Shown here piece by piece: positions 19,601-32,088 of a stretch of 64,000 nt of DNA. Position 1 is the stretch's first letter. Each line of letters starts with the position of its first letter. The DNA lies in assembly GCA_965227515.1 (NCBI GenBank), contig CBDDFZ010000002.1:992001-1056000 (forward strand), in the 5' to 3' direction. The notes beneath the pieces were generated by a model that did not search any database, was not told the DNA's origin, and worked only from the letters and a program-made list of their open reading frames with translations. Source of the DNA: Alphaproteobacteria bacterium. Its GTDB lineage: Bacteria; Pseudomonadota; Alphaproteobacteria; CALKHQ01. A program made the position numbers and the translations under genes.

Positions 19601-20004
19601 CAGGCCGCGTCGACTCCTTCCAGGCCCGCCAGGTCGTCCAGGATTGGACACTCGGGGCGGTCGTCGCCGTGGCAGCGCTCGACCAGATGGTCCAGCGTGT
19701 TCCGCATCGCCTCCAGCTCGGCGATTTTCTCGTCGATGCGGGCCAGGTTCTTCTTCGCGACGCGCTTGACCTCGGCGCTGGCCCGATGCCGGTCCTCATA
19801 GAGGCTCAGCAGCGCCCGGCAGTCCTCGATGGAAAAGCCCAGCGACCGCGCGCGCGACAGAAACCTCAGTTTGTGGACGTCGGTCTCCGCGAACGTGCGA
19901 TAGCCATTGTCGCCGCGGGCCGGGCGCACCAGACCGATATCCTCATAGTAGCGGATGGTCTTGGCCGGCAGTCCGCTGCGGCCGGCTGCATCGCTGATGT
20001 TCAT
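19600..20004 (-). CDS. cueR: Cu(I)-responsive MerR-family regulator
   Basis: MNISDAA..KTIRYYEDIGL, RSLGFSIE, metal loop CHGDDRPECPIL. Confidence 0.95.
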   Translation of the reverse strand: MNISDAAGRSGLPAKTIRYYEDIGLVRPARGDNGYRTFAETDVHKLRFLSRARSLGFSIEDCRALLSLYEDRHRASAEVKRVAKKNLARIDEKIAELEAMRNTLDHLVERCHGDDRPECPILDDLAGLEGVDAA

Positions 20005-20027
20005 CACGTTCTTCCTCAGTTGCTCCA

Positions 20028-20058
20028 AGCGTAGGCATTCCAGTGGCTGGAAGGTCAA
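20028..20058 (-). promoter_or_regulatory. MerR-type promoter with CueR operator for the cueR-cytochrome-MCO operon
   Basis: Minus strand TTGACC, 19 bp spacer (TTCCAGCCACTGGAATGCC) with the dyad TTCCAG-N3-CTGGAA, then TACGCT. Confidence 0.85.
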
Positions 20059-20083
20059 CATCGAACATATGGCAATTGCCCCC

Positions 20084-20114
20084 TTGAGCTTCCAGTGACT
20101 GGAAGCCCCATATG
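20084..20114 (+). promoter_or_regulatory. MerR-type promoter with CueR operator for copA
   Basis: TTGAGC, 19 bp spacer, CATATG; perfect dyad GCTTCCAGT-G-ACTGGAAGC at 20088-20106. Confidence 0.85.
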
Positions 20115-20121
20115 ACGGTCC

Positions 20122-22477
<2,356 letters not shown>

Positions 22478-22506
<29 letters not shown>

Positions 22507-23089
22507 CCTTGCCGCGCCCGACCCGGTCGAGCCGGCCCTGTCGTTCCAGGTCCGCCAGGGCGCGATAGGTCGCCTCCGGCGTGGCGCCGATATCCTCCGC
22601 CACCGCCTTCATGGCGGTTCGCGGCGGCATCGTGCCATCGTCGTCGGCCAGATCGGCCAGCCGCAGAAACAGGCGATCCGAAAGCGGCGTCACGAAGAGG
22701 AGCTCGAGCCGGCGGCGGGCCTCGCGCAACGAGGCGGCCAGGTGATGCGACAGGGCGCTTGCCAGCTCGGGCTGGCGGGCGAGGGCGGCCAGCACGGCCC
22801 CCTTGTGGAACTGGATCGCTTCGCTGGCCGACACCGCCACCGCATCGCAATGGTAGCGGTCGCTGTATAGCGACGCTTCCGCGAACGTCTCGCCGGCGCG
22901 TGCCGCATGGATGCGCGCGGCGACGCCCGATGCCGTGTGCCGCATCAGGTCGACGCGCCCCGACCTCAACAGGAACATGCCCCTTGTCGGGTCGTCCTGG
23001 CGGAACAGCGCCTGTTGCGGGGCCAACGACACCGTGCTGACGCCCGATGGGCCAACCGCCAGCTCAAGCGCGGAAAAGATATCCGACAT
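22478..23089 (-). CDS. Crp/Fnr family transcriptional regulator
   Basis: [24 protein letters not shown]-terminal HTH ([12 protein letters not shown]); start 23089 or 23101; 29-nt convergent overlap with copA. Confidence 0.85.
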
Positions 23090-23101
23090 GATCCAGATCA
23101 T
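23088..23101. promoter_or_regulatory. FNR/Crp-like operator
   Basis: ATGAT-CCAG-ATCAT dyad (FNR consensus TTGAT-N4-ATCAA) between the Crp/Fnr gene and the divergent gene; TAGAAG -10-like hexamer at 23124-23129. Confidence 0.6.
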
Positions 23102-23155
23102 ATGGCGTGGGGATGCGGTCGGGTAGAAGCGAATGATGCTCACGGAGGAGGTGTC

Positions 23156-23725
23156 ATGAGAATTGCAGCCGCTGTCCTGCCCGCGGTCGTCGCCGTCCTG
23201 GCGTGGCCGGCCCACGCCCAGGAGCATCAGGCCCAGGAGCATCAACATGGCGACCATGCTCAGATGATGGGTGCCGGGCCGAGTGTGCCGACCGAAACGG
23301 GGCAGAGCGCCTTCGCCGCCATCGCCGAGATCGTGACGATCCTGGAAGCCGACCCGCAGACCGACTGGTCGTCGGTCGACATCGGTGCCCTGGCCGCGCA
23401 CCTGGCCGATATGGACATGCTGATGCAGGCGACGGTCCAGGAGGCCAAGCTGGCGGACGGTCTGGAAATGCGCATCGATGTCACCGGCGACGGCGGTGCG
23501 GCCGCTGGCCGGATGGTGCCTGCCCATGCGCCGGTGTTGGCCGGCGAGACCGGCTGGATGTCGCAGGCCGAGGTGTCGGACGGCGGGATCGTCTGGCGCG
23601 TTACCGCCGCCGATGCGGCCGACGTGCCCCGCATCCAGGCGCTGGGCTTCTTCGGGCTGATGGCGACTGGCGCGCACCACCAGGCGCATCATCTGGCCAT
23701 CGCCCGCGGCATGCCGCTTCACTGA
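23156..23725 (+). CDS. secreted His/Met-rich hypothetical protein
   Basis: GGAGGAGG RBS, signal peptide, QEHQAQEHQH, HLADMD, RMVPAHA, GAHHQAHH. Confidence 0.75.
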   Translation: MRIAAAVLPAVVAVLAWPAHAQEHQAQEHQHGDHAQMMGAGPSVPTETGQSAFAAIAEIVTILEADPQTDWSSVDIGALAAHLADMDMLMQATVQEAKLADGLEMRIDVTGDGGAAAGRMVPAHAPVLAGETGWMSQAEVSDGGIVWRVTAADAADVPRIQALGFFGLMATGAHHQAHHLAIARGMPLH

Positions 23726-23746
23726 TCTGCAACGGCGGCAAGCCGC

Positions 23747-24211
23747 TCAAAGCCAGCGGCGCACGCGGTTTCGGTAGGCCGCATAGTCCGCGCCGAAGCG
23801 CGCCGCCAGGTGCCGCTCCTCCCGCCGCACCACGGCAAGGTCGAGGATGACGGTGGCCAGCGCCAGGAAGGGCAGGGCCCACACCAGATCGGCCATGATG
23901 GCGATACCGATGCAGGTCGCGATCATCGCCACGTAGCCCGGATTGCGCGAGAACCGGTTCGGCCCGTCGGTGACCAGGCTCTCGGCCCGGCGCCTGACGT
24001 CGAACGGGGTGGCGGCGCGGCGGAAAGCCAGCAGGGTCGGCGCCAGCACGACAAGGCTCGCCGCGATCAGCACGGCGCCCAGCGGGTATTGCACCGCGTC
24101 CGGCAGTAGCGCGACCGGCCATGCCGCGTCGAGGCCGAATCCGATCCCCAGCGCCGCCAGGAACAGCAGCGGCGGAATGATGTGGATGCCAGGGGTGTCG
24201 GCGGTGGTCAT
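23747..24211 (-). CDS. isoprenylcysteine carboxyl methyltransferase family membrane protein
   Basis: PPLLF, LVTDGP..FSRNPGY, REERHL..FG..Y..Y..RVRRWL. Confidence 0.88.
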   Translation of the reverse strand: MTTADTPGIHIIPPLLFLAALGIGFGLDAAWPVALLPDAVQYPLGAVLIAASLVVLAPTLLAFRRAATPFDVRRRAESLVTDGPNRFSRNPGYVAMIATCIGIAIMADLVWALPFLALATVILDLAVVRREERHLAARFGADYAAYRNRVRRWL

Positions 24212-24304
24212 CGGGGGTGCGGCGGCGTGCCGTCGTGAGGCTCAAACGCAACCGGCCCGCACGATGGCGGGCCGGGCAGCAATTCTATCGTGGTGTCACC
24301 GCGG

Positions 24305-25156
24305 TCAGGCGGCGATCGAGTCGATCAACTCGGGCTTTTGGGCCAGCCGGCGTGCGTGCCACGCGGCAACCTTGGCCACCATCAGGTTCAACCGCGAGTG
24401 CGGCTTCAGCCCGATCGCCTTGAAGGTCATCGCCATCGCCCGTTCCAGGGTCGGCTTGTCGTAGAACCGGGCCACCCGGCGCGAATAGGCGCGGTAGCAG
24501 GCCTTGCGGTCATACGGCTCGTCGATGTCGTCATTGGCCGCGTAGAAGGCATACGACAACTCGTCGTCGTCGGTCTCCTTGATGCGGCCGAACGCCACCG
24601 CCATCCGGCGGACCAGGCTCAGATTCTCTTCCTGCTGATACTTCTGCAGGGTCTTGTAGAACAGCTTCCAGTGGCGCAGTTCGTCGGCCGCGATGTTGCG
24701 GCAGATCTCGCGCAGCACCGGTTCCTCGGTCTTGCCCCGCATGCAGGTGTAGTAGGACGAGGTGCCGGTCTCGACCATGCAGCGCGCGATCAGTTCGCCG
24801 GCGCGCGAGCCGCGCACAGACTCGGTCGCGTTCACATCGACCTTGAAGCCGGCATGGAACTTCTTCTGCGCCTCGTCGAGGTCGAAGGTCGGGTCCGCCA
24901 GCGTGGCCCAGCGCGCCAGCGCCTTGCCGTGCTGCACTTCCTCTTCCGACCAGCGCCGCGTCTCGGCCTGGAAGTCCGCGTCGTCGTGGAACACCCCGCA
25001 AAGATAGTCTGCGTAGTCCGCGCCATTGTACTCGACCAGCGCGGCCGCCTTGACGATGCGCAGGATGTCCGGATCAACCTTGCTGGCGTCGAACTGGTCC
25101 CACGGAATGTCGTCCAAGGTCCAGTGACGCTTTGCCGATTGCTCGTTCGTCCTCAT
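24305..25156 (-). CDS. ferritin-like diiron domain protein
   Basis: HWTLDDIPW, EEEVQH and DELRH ExxH pairs, ARCMVETGTSSYY. Confidence 0.85.
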   Translation of the reverse strand: MRTNEQSAKRHWTLDDIPWDQFDASKVDPDILRIVKAAALVEYNGADYADYLCGVFHDDADFQAETRRWSEEEVQHGKALARWATLADPTFDLDEAQKKFHAGFKVDVNATESVRGSRAGELIARCMVETGTSSYYTCMRGKTEEPVLREICRNIAADELRHWKLFYKTLQKYQQEENLSLVRRMAVAFGRIKETDDDELSYAFYAANDDIDEPYDRKACYRAYSRRVARFYDKPTLERAMAMTFKAIGLKPHSRLNLMVAKVAAWHARRLAQKPELIDSIAA

Positions 25157-25230
25157 CGTAGCCCCCGTGCGGATGTGACTCGTTCGTGAATCTAGGGCAC
25201 AAACCGCTGTATTTCTGCCACACCGCCAAA

Positions 25231-25260
25231 ATTATACGAAATCTTAACGGCTGGTGGCAA
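25231..25260 (-). promoter_or_regulatory. sigma70-type promoter of the ferritin-like gene
   Basis: Minus strand TTGCCA, 18 bp, perfect TATAAT. Confidence 0.6.
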
Positions 25261-25509
25261 CGGCCCGACATGCCCACGCCTGGAGCTCTAGGTCGGAGCG
25301 GATTGTGGCGTCACGGTGCAAATCTCGCGCCCATTTTCCGGCGAATCATGGCGTCTCTCCCCGCATTCTACACAGTCTGCGCCGGCCCTCTCCCCCACCC
25401 GGCCACCCAGCAGGATACTCTCGTGGGCGGGTGGGTGCCCAAAGGCATCGCGGATGCGATGACGCACCCAGATTGCGTGAGGGCCGGTGCCGGTTTTGCG
25501 CTAAGCCCG

Positions 25510-27177
25510 TCAGGGCTTTTCCCCCGCAATAACCACGTACACATTCTCCGCCATGCGCTGCTCGTGGACAATGGGCCATGTCGTCGCCCATTCGGGCAGA
25601 TTGGCGTAGGTGCTGCGCCGCATCACCACCACCAGCGGACCGTGCTCGTCGGCCACCGCCTCCAGCTGGTCGGCGGTGTCGATCTCGAACACCGTCTCGC
25701 CGAAGTCGTAGCGGTAGACACCGTCATAGGTGCCGAGCGCAACGGGGAAATAGCCCTGCGCCCGATAGTCGCGCATGACCATGGCCTGGTCGTGGGGCGC
25801 CAGATAGGGGTCGACGCCGGGCGCCACCACCAGGCCGAGCTGGTTCATCAGCACCACGATGCCGCAACATTGGGCAGCCAATGGCAGCAGAACGCCCAGC
25901 CGGTGCGTCAGCGCGACGACGATGCCGGTACCGATCATGATGCCGCCGAGCCCGATCAGGCCCGGCACCTCGAACGGCAACCAGTCGCTGGCGCCGACGA
26001 CGATGGCGCCGATGCCGGCGAGGGCGCTGAGTGCCGCGACCGCCAGCCAGGCCAGCATGCGGGCGCGCGGCGTCATCGATGTCAGAACCAGCACGCCCAT
26101 TGCGGCCATCGCCGGCATCGTCGGCAGCAGGTAGATGTGGATCTTGCCGCTGAGCGCGCTCAGCAGGATGAAGGCGACCGCCCAGGTGGCGCCGAAATAG
26201 ACCGCCGGGTGCTGCAGGAGCGCGCGGCGGCGCATGACGCCCAGGCCGTGGCCGATGCCGCGCCAAGTCTGCGGCCAGGCCAGCAGCAGCGTCCAGGGCA
26301 GCCACAGCACCGGCAGCAGGGCGATGTAGTACCAGAACGGGTGGCGGTGGTGCCATGCGCTGACCGCGCGCTGGAAGATCTGCTCGTCCAGCACCTCCCA
26401 CGCGAAGCCGTCGCCGATGCCGCCGATGGCGGCGACGAACCAGGCGGCGGCCACGGCCAGGGAAAACAGGACGCCGAGGAGCATGTCCCAGGCCAGGAAG
26501 CGGATCAGGCGGCGGCTGAGGACCAGGTCGGTGGCACAGGCCAGCAGGGGCAGCACGTGGCCCAGCGGGCCCTTGATGAAGCTCGCCGCCGTCGCGGCCA
26601 CGAAGGCCATCACAATCCACCACGAGAACCGGCCGCGCCGGACCCCGGTGTGGAAGCACGCGGCGCTGACCAGGATGCAGGCCGCGAACATCAGGTCCAT
26701 GCGCACATATTGCGGCAGGAACGCCACATAGGGCGTGGCCGCCAGCATCAGCCCGGTGCCGAAGGCGACACCGGGCCGGTCGGGCAGCACGCGGCGGACC
26801 AGGAAGTGGCCGGCGCAGATGAACGCCCAGCCGGAGATCGCCGAGCCCAGGAAGTAGATCCAGGGCGCCGTCGTGCCGGCGATGCCGGCGATGGCGGCCA
26901 GGAACCAGAAATAGAGCGGCGGCTTGTCGGGATAGGGCGCGCCGTTCAGGGTCAGGGTCGCCCAGTTGTCGCTGTCCAGCAGTTCCACCAGGGCCGCGCC
27001 GTAGCGCACCTCGTCGGAGAACCACAGATAGCGCGCGTCCAGCGACAGCGCGGTCTGCGCCGCGACGATCAGGAAATAGGTGAGATACGGCCACGCCATC
27101 GCGGCGCGCAGCAGCGCCGGGCCTTCGCCGGCCGTGCGCGCGCCGGATGGAATGTAGCGGTCGTCGGCAGCGGTCAT
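25510..27177 (-). CDS. ArnT / GT39 (PMT_2) family integral membrane glycosyltransferase
   Basis: SDEVRY, YPDKPPLYFW, RMD, IKGPLG, HPFWYY, K..YLLP and many TM helices. Confidence 0.88.
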   Translation of the reverse strand: MTAADDRYIPSGARTAGEGPALLRAAMAWPYLTYFLIVAAQTALSLDARYLWFSDEVRYGAALVELLDSDNWATLTLNGAPYPDKPPLYFWFLAAIAGIAGTTAPWIYFLGSAISGWAFICAGHFLVRRVLPDRPGVAFGTGLMLAATPYVAFLPQYVRMDLMFAACILVSAACFHTGVRRGRFSWWIVMAFVAATAASFIKGPLGHVLPLLACATDLVLSRRLIRFLAWDMLLGVLFSLAVAAAWFVAAIGGIGDGFAWEVLDEQIFQRAVSAWHHRHPFWYYIALLPVLWLPWTLLLAWPQTWRGIGHGLGVMRRRALLQHPAVYFGATWAVAFILLSALSGKIHIYLLPTMPAMAAMGVLVLTSMTPRARMLAWLAVAALSALAGIGAIVVGASDWLPFEVPGLIGLGGIMIGTGIVVALTHRLGVLLPLAAQCCGIVVLMNQLGLVVAPGVDPYLAPHDQAMVMRDYRAQGYFPVALGTYDGVYRYDFGETVFEIDTADQLEAVADEHGPLVVVMRRSTYANLPEWATTWPIVHEQRMAENVYVVIAGEKP

Positions 27178-28349
27178 GCCGCGACGTCGGCCCAGCCGCC
27201 GGCTGCCGAAGCGCGCAGGCAGGCTTCGATGAAGGCGACGCCGGCGACCCCGTCCTCCACGGTTGGGTACCACAGCGCCAACGGGTCGGGCGCGGTGCCG
27301 GTGCGGCGGGCGACGATATCCTCCGCCACGTCGGCATAGAGGTTGGCGAACGCCTCGTGATAGCCCTCGGGATGGCCGATGGCGACGCGGGTGCCGCGTG
27401 CGGCGATGGGGTGAAGGCCCGGCCCGTCACGTGTGTAGCGCCGCGCCGGCTCGCCGATCGGCATGTGATGGAGGTCGTTCGGCCGTTCCTGGAACCACTC
27501 CAGCCCGCCCTTGGCGCCATAGACCCGCAGGTGCAGGCCATGCTCGGCGCCGGCGGCGGCATTGGTGACCCAGAACACGCCGCGCGCGTCGTTGGCGAGC
27601 TTCATCAGCACCGCGGCATGATCGTGCACCTGGCGCCCCGGCACCAGCGCGCCGACGTCGGCCAGCACGCGTGCCGGCGGCTGCCGGCCGACATAAGTGG
27701 CGAGATGGATCGCATGGGTGCCGATGTCGCCCAGCACCAGCGATTGCCCGGCAATCTCGGCATTGAAGCGCCAGGCGTCGCGCCCAGCCTCCGACCCTTC
27801 GACCAGTGTGGCGTTGTGGCCCTGGATGTACTCCACATTGACCGCGCGGATGTCGCCAAGCTCGCCGGCCTCCACCATGGCGCGCGCCTGCCGCACCATC
27901 GGATAGCCGGTGTAGTTGTAGGTCACGCACATCGCCCGCCCGCTGCCGGCGACCGCGGCGGCCACCGCGTGCGCGTCGGCGAGGCTATTGGTCAGCGGCT
28001 TGTCGCAGATCACGTCGAAGCCGTTGGTCAGGCTCGCGATGGAAAGCGGCGCGTGGCTGTCGTTCGGGGTCATGATGGCGACCACGTCGATGCCGTCGTC
28101 GCGCGCCAGTTCGGCCGCGAACATCTGGTCGGCGTTGGCATAGGCGCGATCCGCCGCCAGCCCGATCTCGCGTCCGAAGGCGACCGCCTTGTCCGGGTTA
28201 GACGACAGCACGCCGGCCACCACCTCGTAACGGTCGTCGAGTCGCGCCGCGATGCGGTGCACCTCGCCGATGAACGAGCCCGCGCCACCGCCGATGACGC
28301 CAAGCCGCAGGCGGCGTCCGAGCGCGCTCAGGACAGGGTTGTGGGCCAC
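27174..28349 (-). CDS. Gfo/Idh/MocA family oxidoreductase
   Basis: LGVIGGG..SFIG, TPNDSH, CDKPL, YNYTGYPMV, GDIGTH, GHPEGY; GTG start with GGAGG RBS. Confidence 0.9.
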   Translation of the reverse strand: MAHNPVLSALGRRLRLGVIGGGAGSFIGEVHRIAARLDDRYEVVAGVLSSNPDKAVAFGREIGLAADRAYANADQMFAAELARDDGIDVVAIMTPNDSHAPLSIASLTNGFDVICDKPLTNSLADAHAVAAAVAGSGRAMCVTYNYTGYPMVRQARAMVEAGELGDIRAVNVEYIQGHNATLVEGSEAGRDAWRFNAEIAGQSLVLGDIGTHAIHLATYVGRQPPARVLADVGALVPGRQVHDHAAVLMKLANDARGVFWVTNAAAGAEHGLHLRVYGAKGGLEWFQERPNDLHHMPIGEPARRYTRDGPGLHPIAARGTRVAIGHPEGYHEAFANLYADVAEDIVARRTGTAPDPLALWYPTVEDGVAGVAFIEACLRASAAGGWADVAA

Positions 28350-28497
28350 GGCGGCCTCCGGTTTTTGGCTGACACGTTCATGGTCGATGCGGCGCAGGAA
28401 GAGGGGTTCGGCCAAGACGTGTCAAGAGCACGCTTCTTGCGTTTGGCGGAGTTTTCTCCAAAATCGCGGCGTGAACCGACAGCACACCCAAACCACG

Positions 28498-29664
28498 ATG
28501 CCGGAATACCGGCGCCGCGCCGCCGATCGGGTGGCGCAAGCGGCGGCATGGATGACCATCGTGGCGCTGATTATCGTGCTGCTGATCGTGGGCCGCGATT
28601 TCCTGATCCCGCTCGCGATCTCGCTGATCGTCTGGTACCTGATCAATGCAATCGGGCGCGGTGTCAGCAAGGTTCCGTTGGGTCAGCACAAGCTGCCGCA
28701 GTGGCTGGCGCTGGGCATCGGTTGCGTTGTGCTGATCCTGTTTTTCATCTTCATCGGCAATCTGATCGCGAGCAACATTGCCGCGGTGACCGAGGCGGCG
28801 CCGACCTACCAGGCCAACATCCAGGCGCTGTTGGGCTCGGCCCTGGCCTGGTTCGGCATGTCGGAACTGCCGACGCTGCAATCCATCCTGCAGCGCATCA
28901 ATGTCGGCGGGCTGATCTCCAGCCTGGCGGGCACCGCCAGCTCGTTCATCGCCGATGCGGGCCTTGTGCTGGCCTATGTGGCGTTCCTGCTGTTCGAGCA
29001 GGCGATGTTCAGCCGCAAGCTGACGCTGATCCTGCGCAACGACGAACGCGACGCCCGGGTGCGCGAGGTGCTGGCCAAGGTCAACCACGAGATCCAGACC
29101 TACATCTGGATCAAGACGGTCACCAGCGCCATCGTCGGCGGCATCAGCTATGCCGTGCTGGTGTGGGTCGGCGTGGACTACGCCGCCTTCTGGGGCTTCC
29201 TGATTTTCCTGCTGAACTACATCCCCACCATCGGCTCGCTGTTGGGCATTCTGTTCCCGGCGCTGCTGACGATCCTGCAGTTCGCCACGCTGGAGGCGTT
29301 CCTGCTGGTGACCATTCCACTGGCGGTGACCCAGATCGTGGTCGGCAACGTCGTCGAGCCGAAGATGATGGGCAAGTCGCTGAACCTCAGCGCGATGGTG
29401 GTGATGGTGTCGCTGGTGGTGTGGGGCGCGATCTGGGGCGTGGCCGGCGCGCTGTTGTGCGTGCCGATCACCGTCATGTTCATGATTATCTGCAGCTACA
29501 TTCCCTCGTTCCGCCCGATCGCGATCATCCTGTCGAACGACGGCGAGCTTTCGGCCGGGCCGGTACAGCAGTCGACGGCTCTGGAGCCGGACAATCCGGG
29601 CGGCGTGGAGGACGAGGAAAACCCGATCGTGCGCGAAGAAGGACCCGACAAGAGCGCGCCCTAG
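28498..29664 (+). CDS. AI-2E family transporter
   Basis: Multiple TM helices, FLIPL, LNYIPTIG, GNVVEPKMMG, WGAIWGVAGALLCVP. Confidence 0.9.
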   Translation: MPEYRRRAADRVAQAAAWMTIVALIIVLLIVGRDFLIPLAISLIVWYLINAIGRGVSKVPLGQHKLPQWLALGIGCVVLILFFIFIGNLIASNIAAVTEAAPTYQANIQALLGSALAWFGMSELPTLQSILQRINVGGLISSLAGTASSFIADAGLVLAYVAFLLFEQAMFSRKLTLILRNDERDARVREVLAKVNHEIQTYIWIKTVTSAIVGGISYAVLVWVGVDYAAFWGFLIFLLNYIPTIGSLLGILFPALLTILQFATLEAFLLVTIPLAVTQIVVGNVVEPKMMGKSLNLSAMVVMVSLVVWGAIWGVAGALLCVPITVMFMIICSYIPSFRPIAIILSNDGELSAGPVQQSTALEPDNPGGVEDEENPIVREEGPDKSAP

Positions 29665-29690
29665 CTAGACAACCAACAGCGCCGAACGCT

Positions 29691-30818
29691 TCAGCTCGTC
29701 AGCTTGCCCATTTCGCGCAGGATGGCGTCGCCCATCACGTTGGTCGACACCCGGGCCATGCCGGGCTGCATGATGTCCGCCGTGCGCACGCCGGTCGACA
29801 ACACGTTCTCGATGGCGCGTTCGATCAGGTCGGCGTCGTCGTCCAGGTCGAACGAGTAGCGCAGCGCCATCGCGAAGCTCAGCATCATGGCGACCGGATT
29901 GGCCACACCCTTGCCGGCGATATCGGGTGCCGAGCCGTGCACCGGCTCATAGAGCGCCAGGCGGCGGCCGTCCGCATCCGGTGCGCCAAGCGAGGCCGAC
30001 GGCAGCATGCCCAGCGAGCCGGTTAGCATTGCCGCGCAGTCGGACAGCAGATCGCCGAACAGATTGTCGGTGACAATGACGTCGAATTGCTTCGGCTGGC
30101 GCACCAACTGCATCGCGCAGTTGTCGGCGTACATATGCTCCAGCTCGATGTCGGCGTACTCGGCCGCGTGCAGCGCCGTCACGGTCTCGCGCCACAACAG
30201 GCCGCTTTCCATCACGTTGGCCTTTTCGACCGACGTCACCTTGTTGTTGCGGCGCTCCGCCAGCTCGAACGCCACCGCGGCGATGCGCTCGATCTCCGGC
30301 GTGGTGTAGACCTGGGTGTTGACGCCCCGCTTGGTGCCGTCGGGCAGTTCCTCGATACCGCGCGGCTCGCCGAAATAGACGCCGCCGGTCAGTTCGCGCA
30401 CGATCATGATGTCCAGGCCGCGCACCAGTTCGGGCTTCAGGCTCGATGCCTCGACCAGCGCGTCGAACACCAGCGCGGGCCGCAGGTTGGCGAACAGCTC
30501 CATTTCGCTGCGCAGGCGCAACAGGCCGCGCTCGGGCTGATTGTGGAACGGCTGGTCCGCCCATTTCGGGCCACCGACCGCGCCGAACAGAACGGCGTCG
30601 GCCTGAAGCGCATCGGCCATGGTTTCGTCGGTGACCGGGCTGCCATAGCGGTCGATCGCGGCGCCGCCGACCAGGCCTTCCTTGATGCTAAAATTGACAG
30701 TGCTGTACTTCGCCAGCCAGTCAATGACGCGCGTTACCTCGCGCATGGTCTCTGGTCCGATACCGTCGCCAGGCAGCATGAGCAGGGTCTTCTCGTTGCT
30801 CAGGCTCGTCTCGCTCAT
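29691..30818 (-). CDS. leuB: 3-isopropylmalate dehydrogenase
   Basis: [41 protein letters not shown]. Confidence 0.97.
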   Translation of the reverse strand: MSETSLSNEKTLLMLPGDGIGPETMREVTRVIDWLAKYSTVNFSIKEGLVGGAAIDRYGSPVTDETMADALQADAVLFGAVGGPKWADQPFHNQPERGLLRLRSEMELFANLRPALVFDALVEASSLKPELVRGLDIMIVRELTGGVYFGEPRGIEELPDGTKRGVNTQVYTTPEIERIAAVAFELAERRNNKVTSVEKANVMESGLLWRETVTALHAAEYADIELEHMYADNCAMQLVRQPKQFDVIVTDNLFGDLLSDCAAMLTGSLGMLPSASLGAPDADGRRLALYEPVHGSAPDIAGKGVANPVAMMLSFAMALRYSFDLDDDADLIERAIENVLSTGVRTADIMQPGMARVSTNVMGDAILREMGKLTS

Positions 30819-31201
30819 GGAACTCTGGTCCTTTCTGCTGGCAAGGCTGGTCGGTCACATCCCCTTCGTGGGGCTACACAGGGCCAACTACCGCGAACGC
30901 GCAACGCTTTGCTGCGACCTCATCGCGCGCGGCCAGGCCTTCGATCGTGCAATACGCCACGGCGGGTGCGTATGACCGTAACGGGGATCGGAACGACGGC
31001 ATTGCCGCCGTCAAACCGGACTTTGGAACATCTTGAAACACACACCACGCCCCTGTCCCGGCAGGCGTCTCTCGTTTCAAGAATGATTCCAACATAGCAC
31101 GTCACTCGACGACGCAAAGGACTATTATCACGGGTTCGTGAACATTAGTATCCGGACGGTGCGCGGGACGCAAAACCACGTCCGTCCAATTCACCGAAGT
31201 C

Positions 31202-31831
31202 TTATGCCTGGGCGGTCTGTGCGCTGTGCAGCCAGGAACGCGACAACCGGTCTCGCTCCTCGAATGTAGCGATATCCTCGTCGTGCTCAAGGGTCAGGCC
31301 GATGTCGTCCAGCCCGTTGAGCAGGCAGTGCTTGCGGAACTCATCGATCTCGAAATGCACGATCGGCCCGTTTGGCCGGCGTATGGTCTGCTCGACCAGG
31401 TCGACCGTCAGCTCCGGGTTCTCCTCGTCCCGCGCATCGCCCATCAACAGGTCGACCGTCTCGCGCGGCAGCTTGATCGGCAGCACGCCGTTCTTGAAGC
31501 AGTTGTTGTAGAAGATGTCGGCGAAATCGGGCGCGATGACGCAGCGGATGCCGAAGTCCAGAAGCGCCCATGGCGCATGCTCGCGCGAAGAGCCGCAGCC
31601 GAAATTGTCGCCGGCGACGATGATCTCGGCGTTCTTGTACGGCCCGCGGTCGAGCACGAACTCACCGGTATTGACGCCGTTCTGATCGGTGCGCAACTCG
31701 TGGAACAGGCCCTTGGCAAGGCCCGTGCGCGCCACCGTCTTCAGGAACTGCTTCGGGATGATCATGTCGGTATCGACATTGTCCATCGGCAGCGGCGCGG
31801 CGACGCCGGTCAGTTTCGTGAAGGCTTTCAT
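31202..31831 (-). CDS. leuD: 3-isopropylmalate dehydratase small subunit
   Basis: [38 protein letters not shown]. Confidence 0.97.
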   Translation of the reverse strand: MKAFTKLTGVAAPLPMDNVDTDMIIPKQFLKTVARTGLAKGLFHELRTDQNGVNTGEFVLDRGPYKNAEIIVAGDNFGCGSSREHAPWALLDFGIRCVIAPDFADIFYNNCFKNGVLPIKLPRETVDLLMGDARDEENPELTVDLVEQTIRRPNGPIVHFEIDEFRKHCLLNGLDDIGLTLEHDEDIATFEERDRLSRSWLHSAQTAQA

Positions 31832-31844
31832 CGGTCTCGTCCGG

Positions 31845-32048
31845 TCAGTGTTTCTTCTTCAGGGCGATCAGGGCGGCAAGGTCGCGCATCAGGCTGTCAT
31901 GCGCGGGCGGCGTCTGCCGGCCCTGGACGGTGCTCGCCGGGTCGATGCGGCGCAGCCGGCCCGATCCGTCGCGCACAGCCATCAGACGCCCGGGCGACTG
32001 GCCATCGAACGGCCCGTCGCGGGTCAGGATCACATCGTGCTTGCGCAT
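31845..32048 (-). CDS. small hypothetical protein between leuC and leuD
   Basis: 67 aa ORF with GGAGGA RBS, fills the leuC-leuD gap in the same orientation. Confidence 0.55.
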   Translation of the reverse strand: MRKHDVILTRDGPFDGQSPGRLMAVRDGSGRLRRIDPASTVQGRQTPPAHDSLMRDLAALIALKKKH

Positions 32049-32088
32049 AGTTCGTCCTCCGGCCCCAGCCTGTCAATCCAACCGCCTA

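Noticed and set aside
31164-31190. GGGACGCAAAACCACG resembles the c-di-GMP-I riboswitch junction
   Set aside because: The GGCAAAC..GAAA P2 stem and tetraloop receptor are missing, and it is antisense to the flanking genes.
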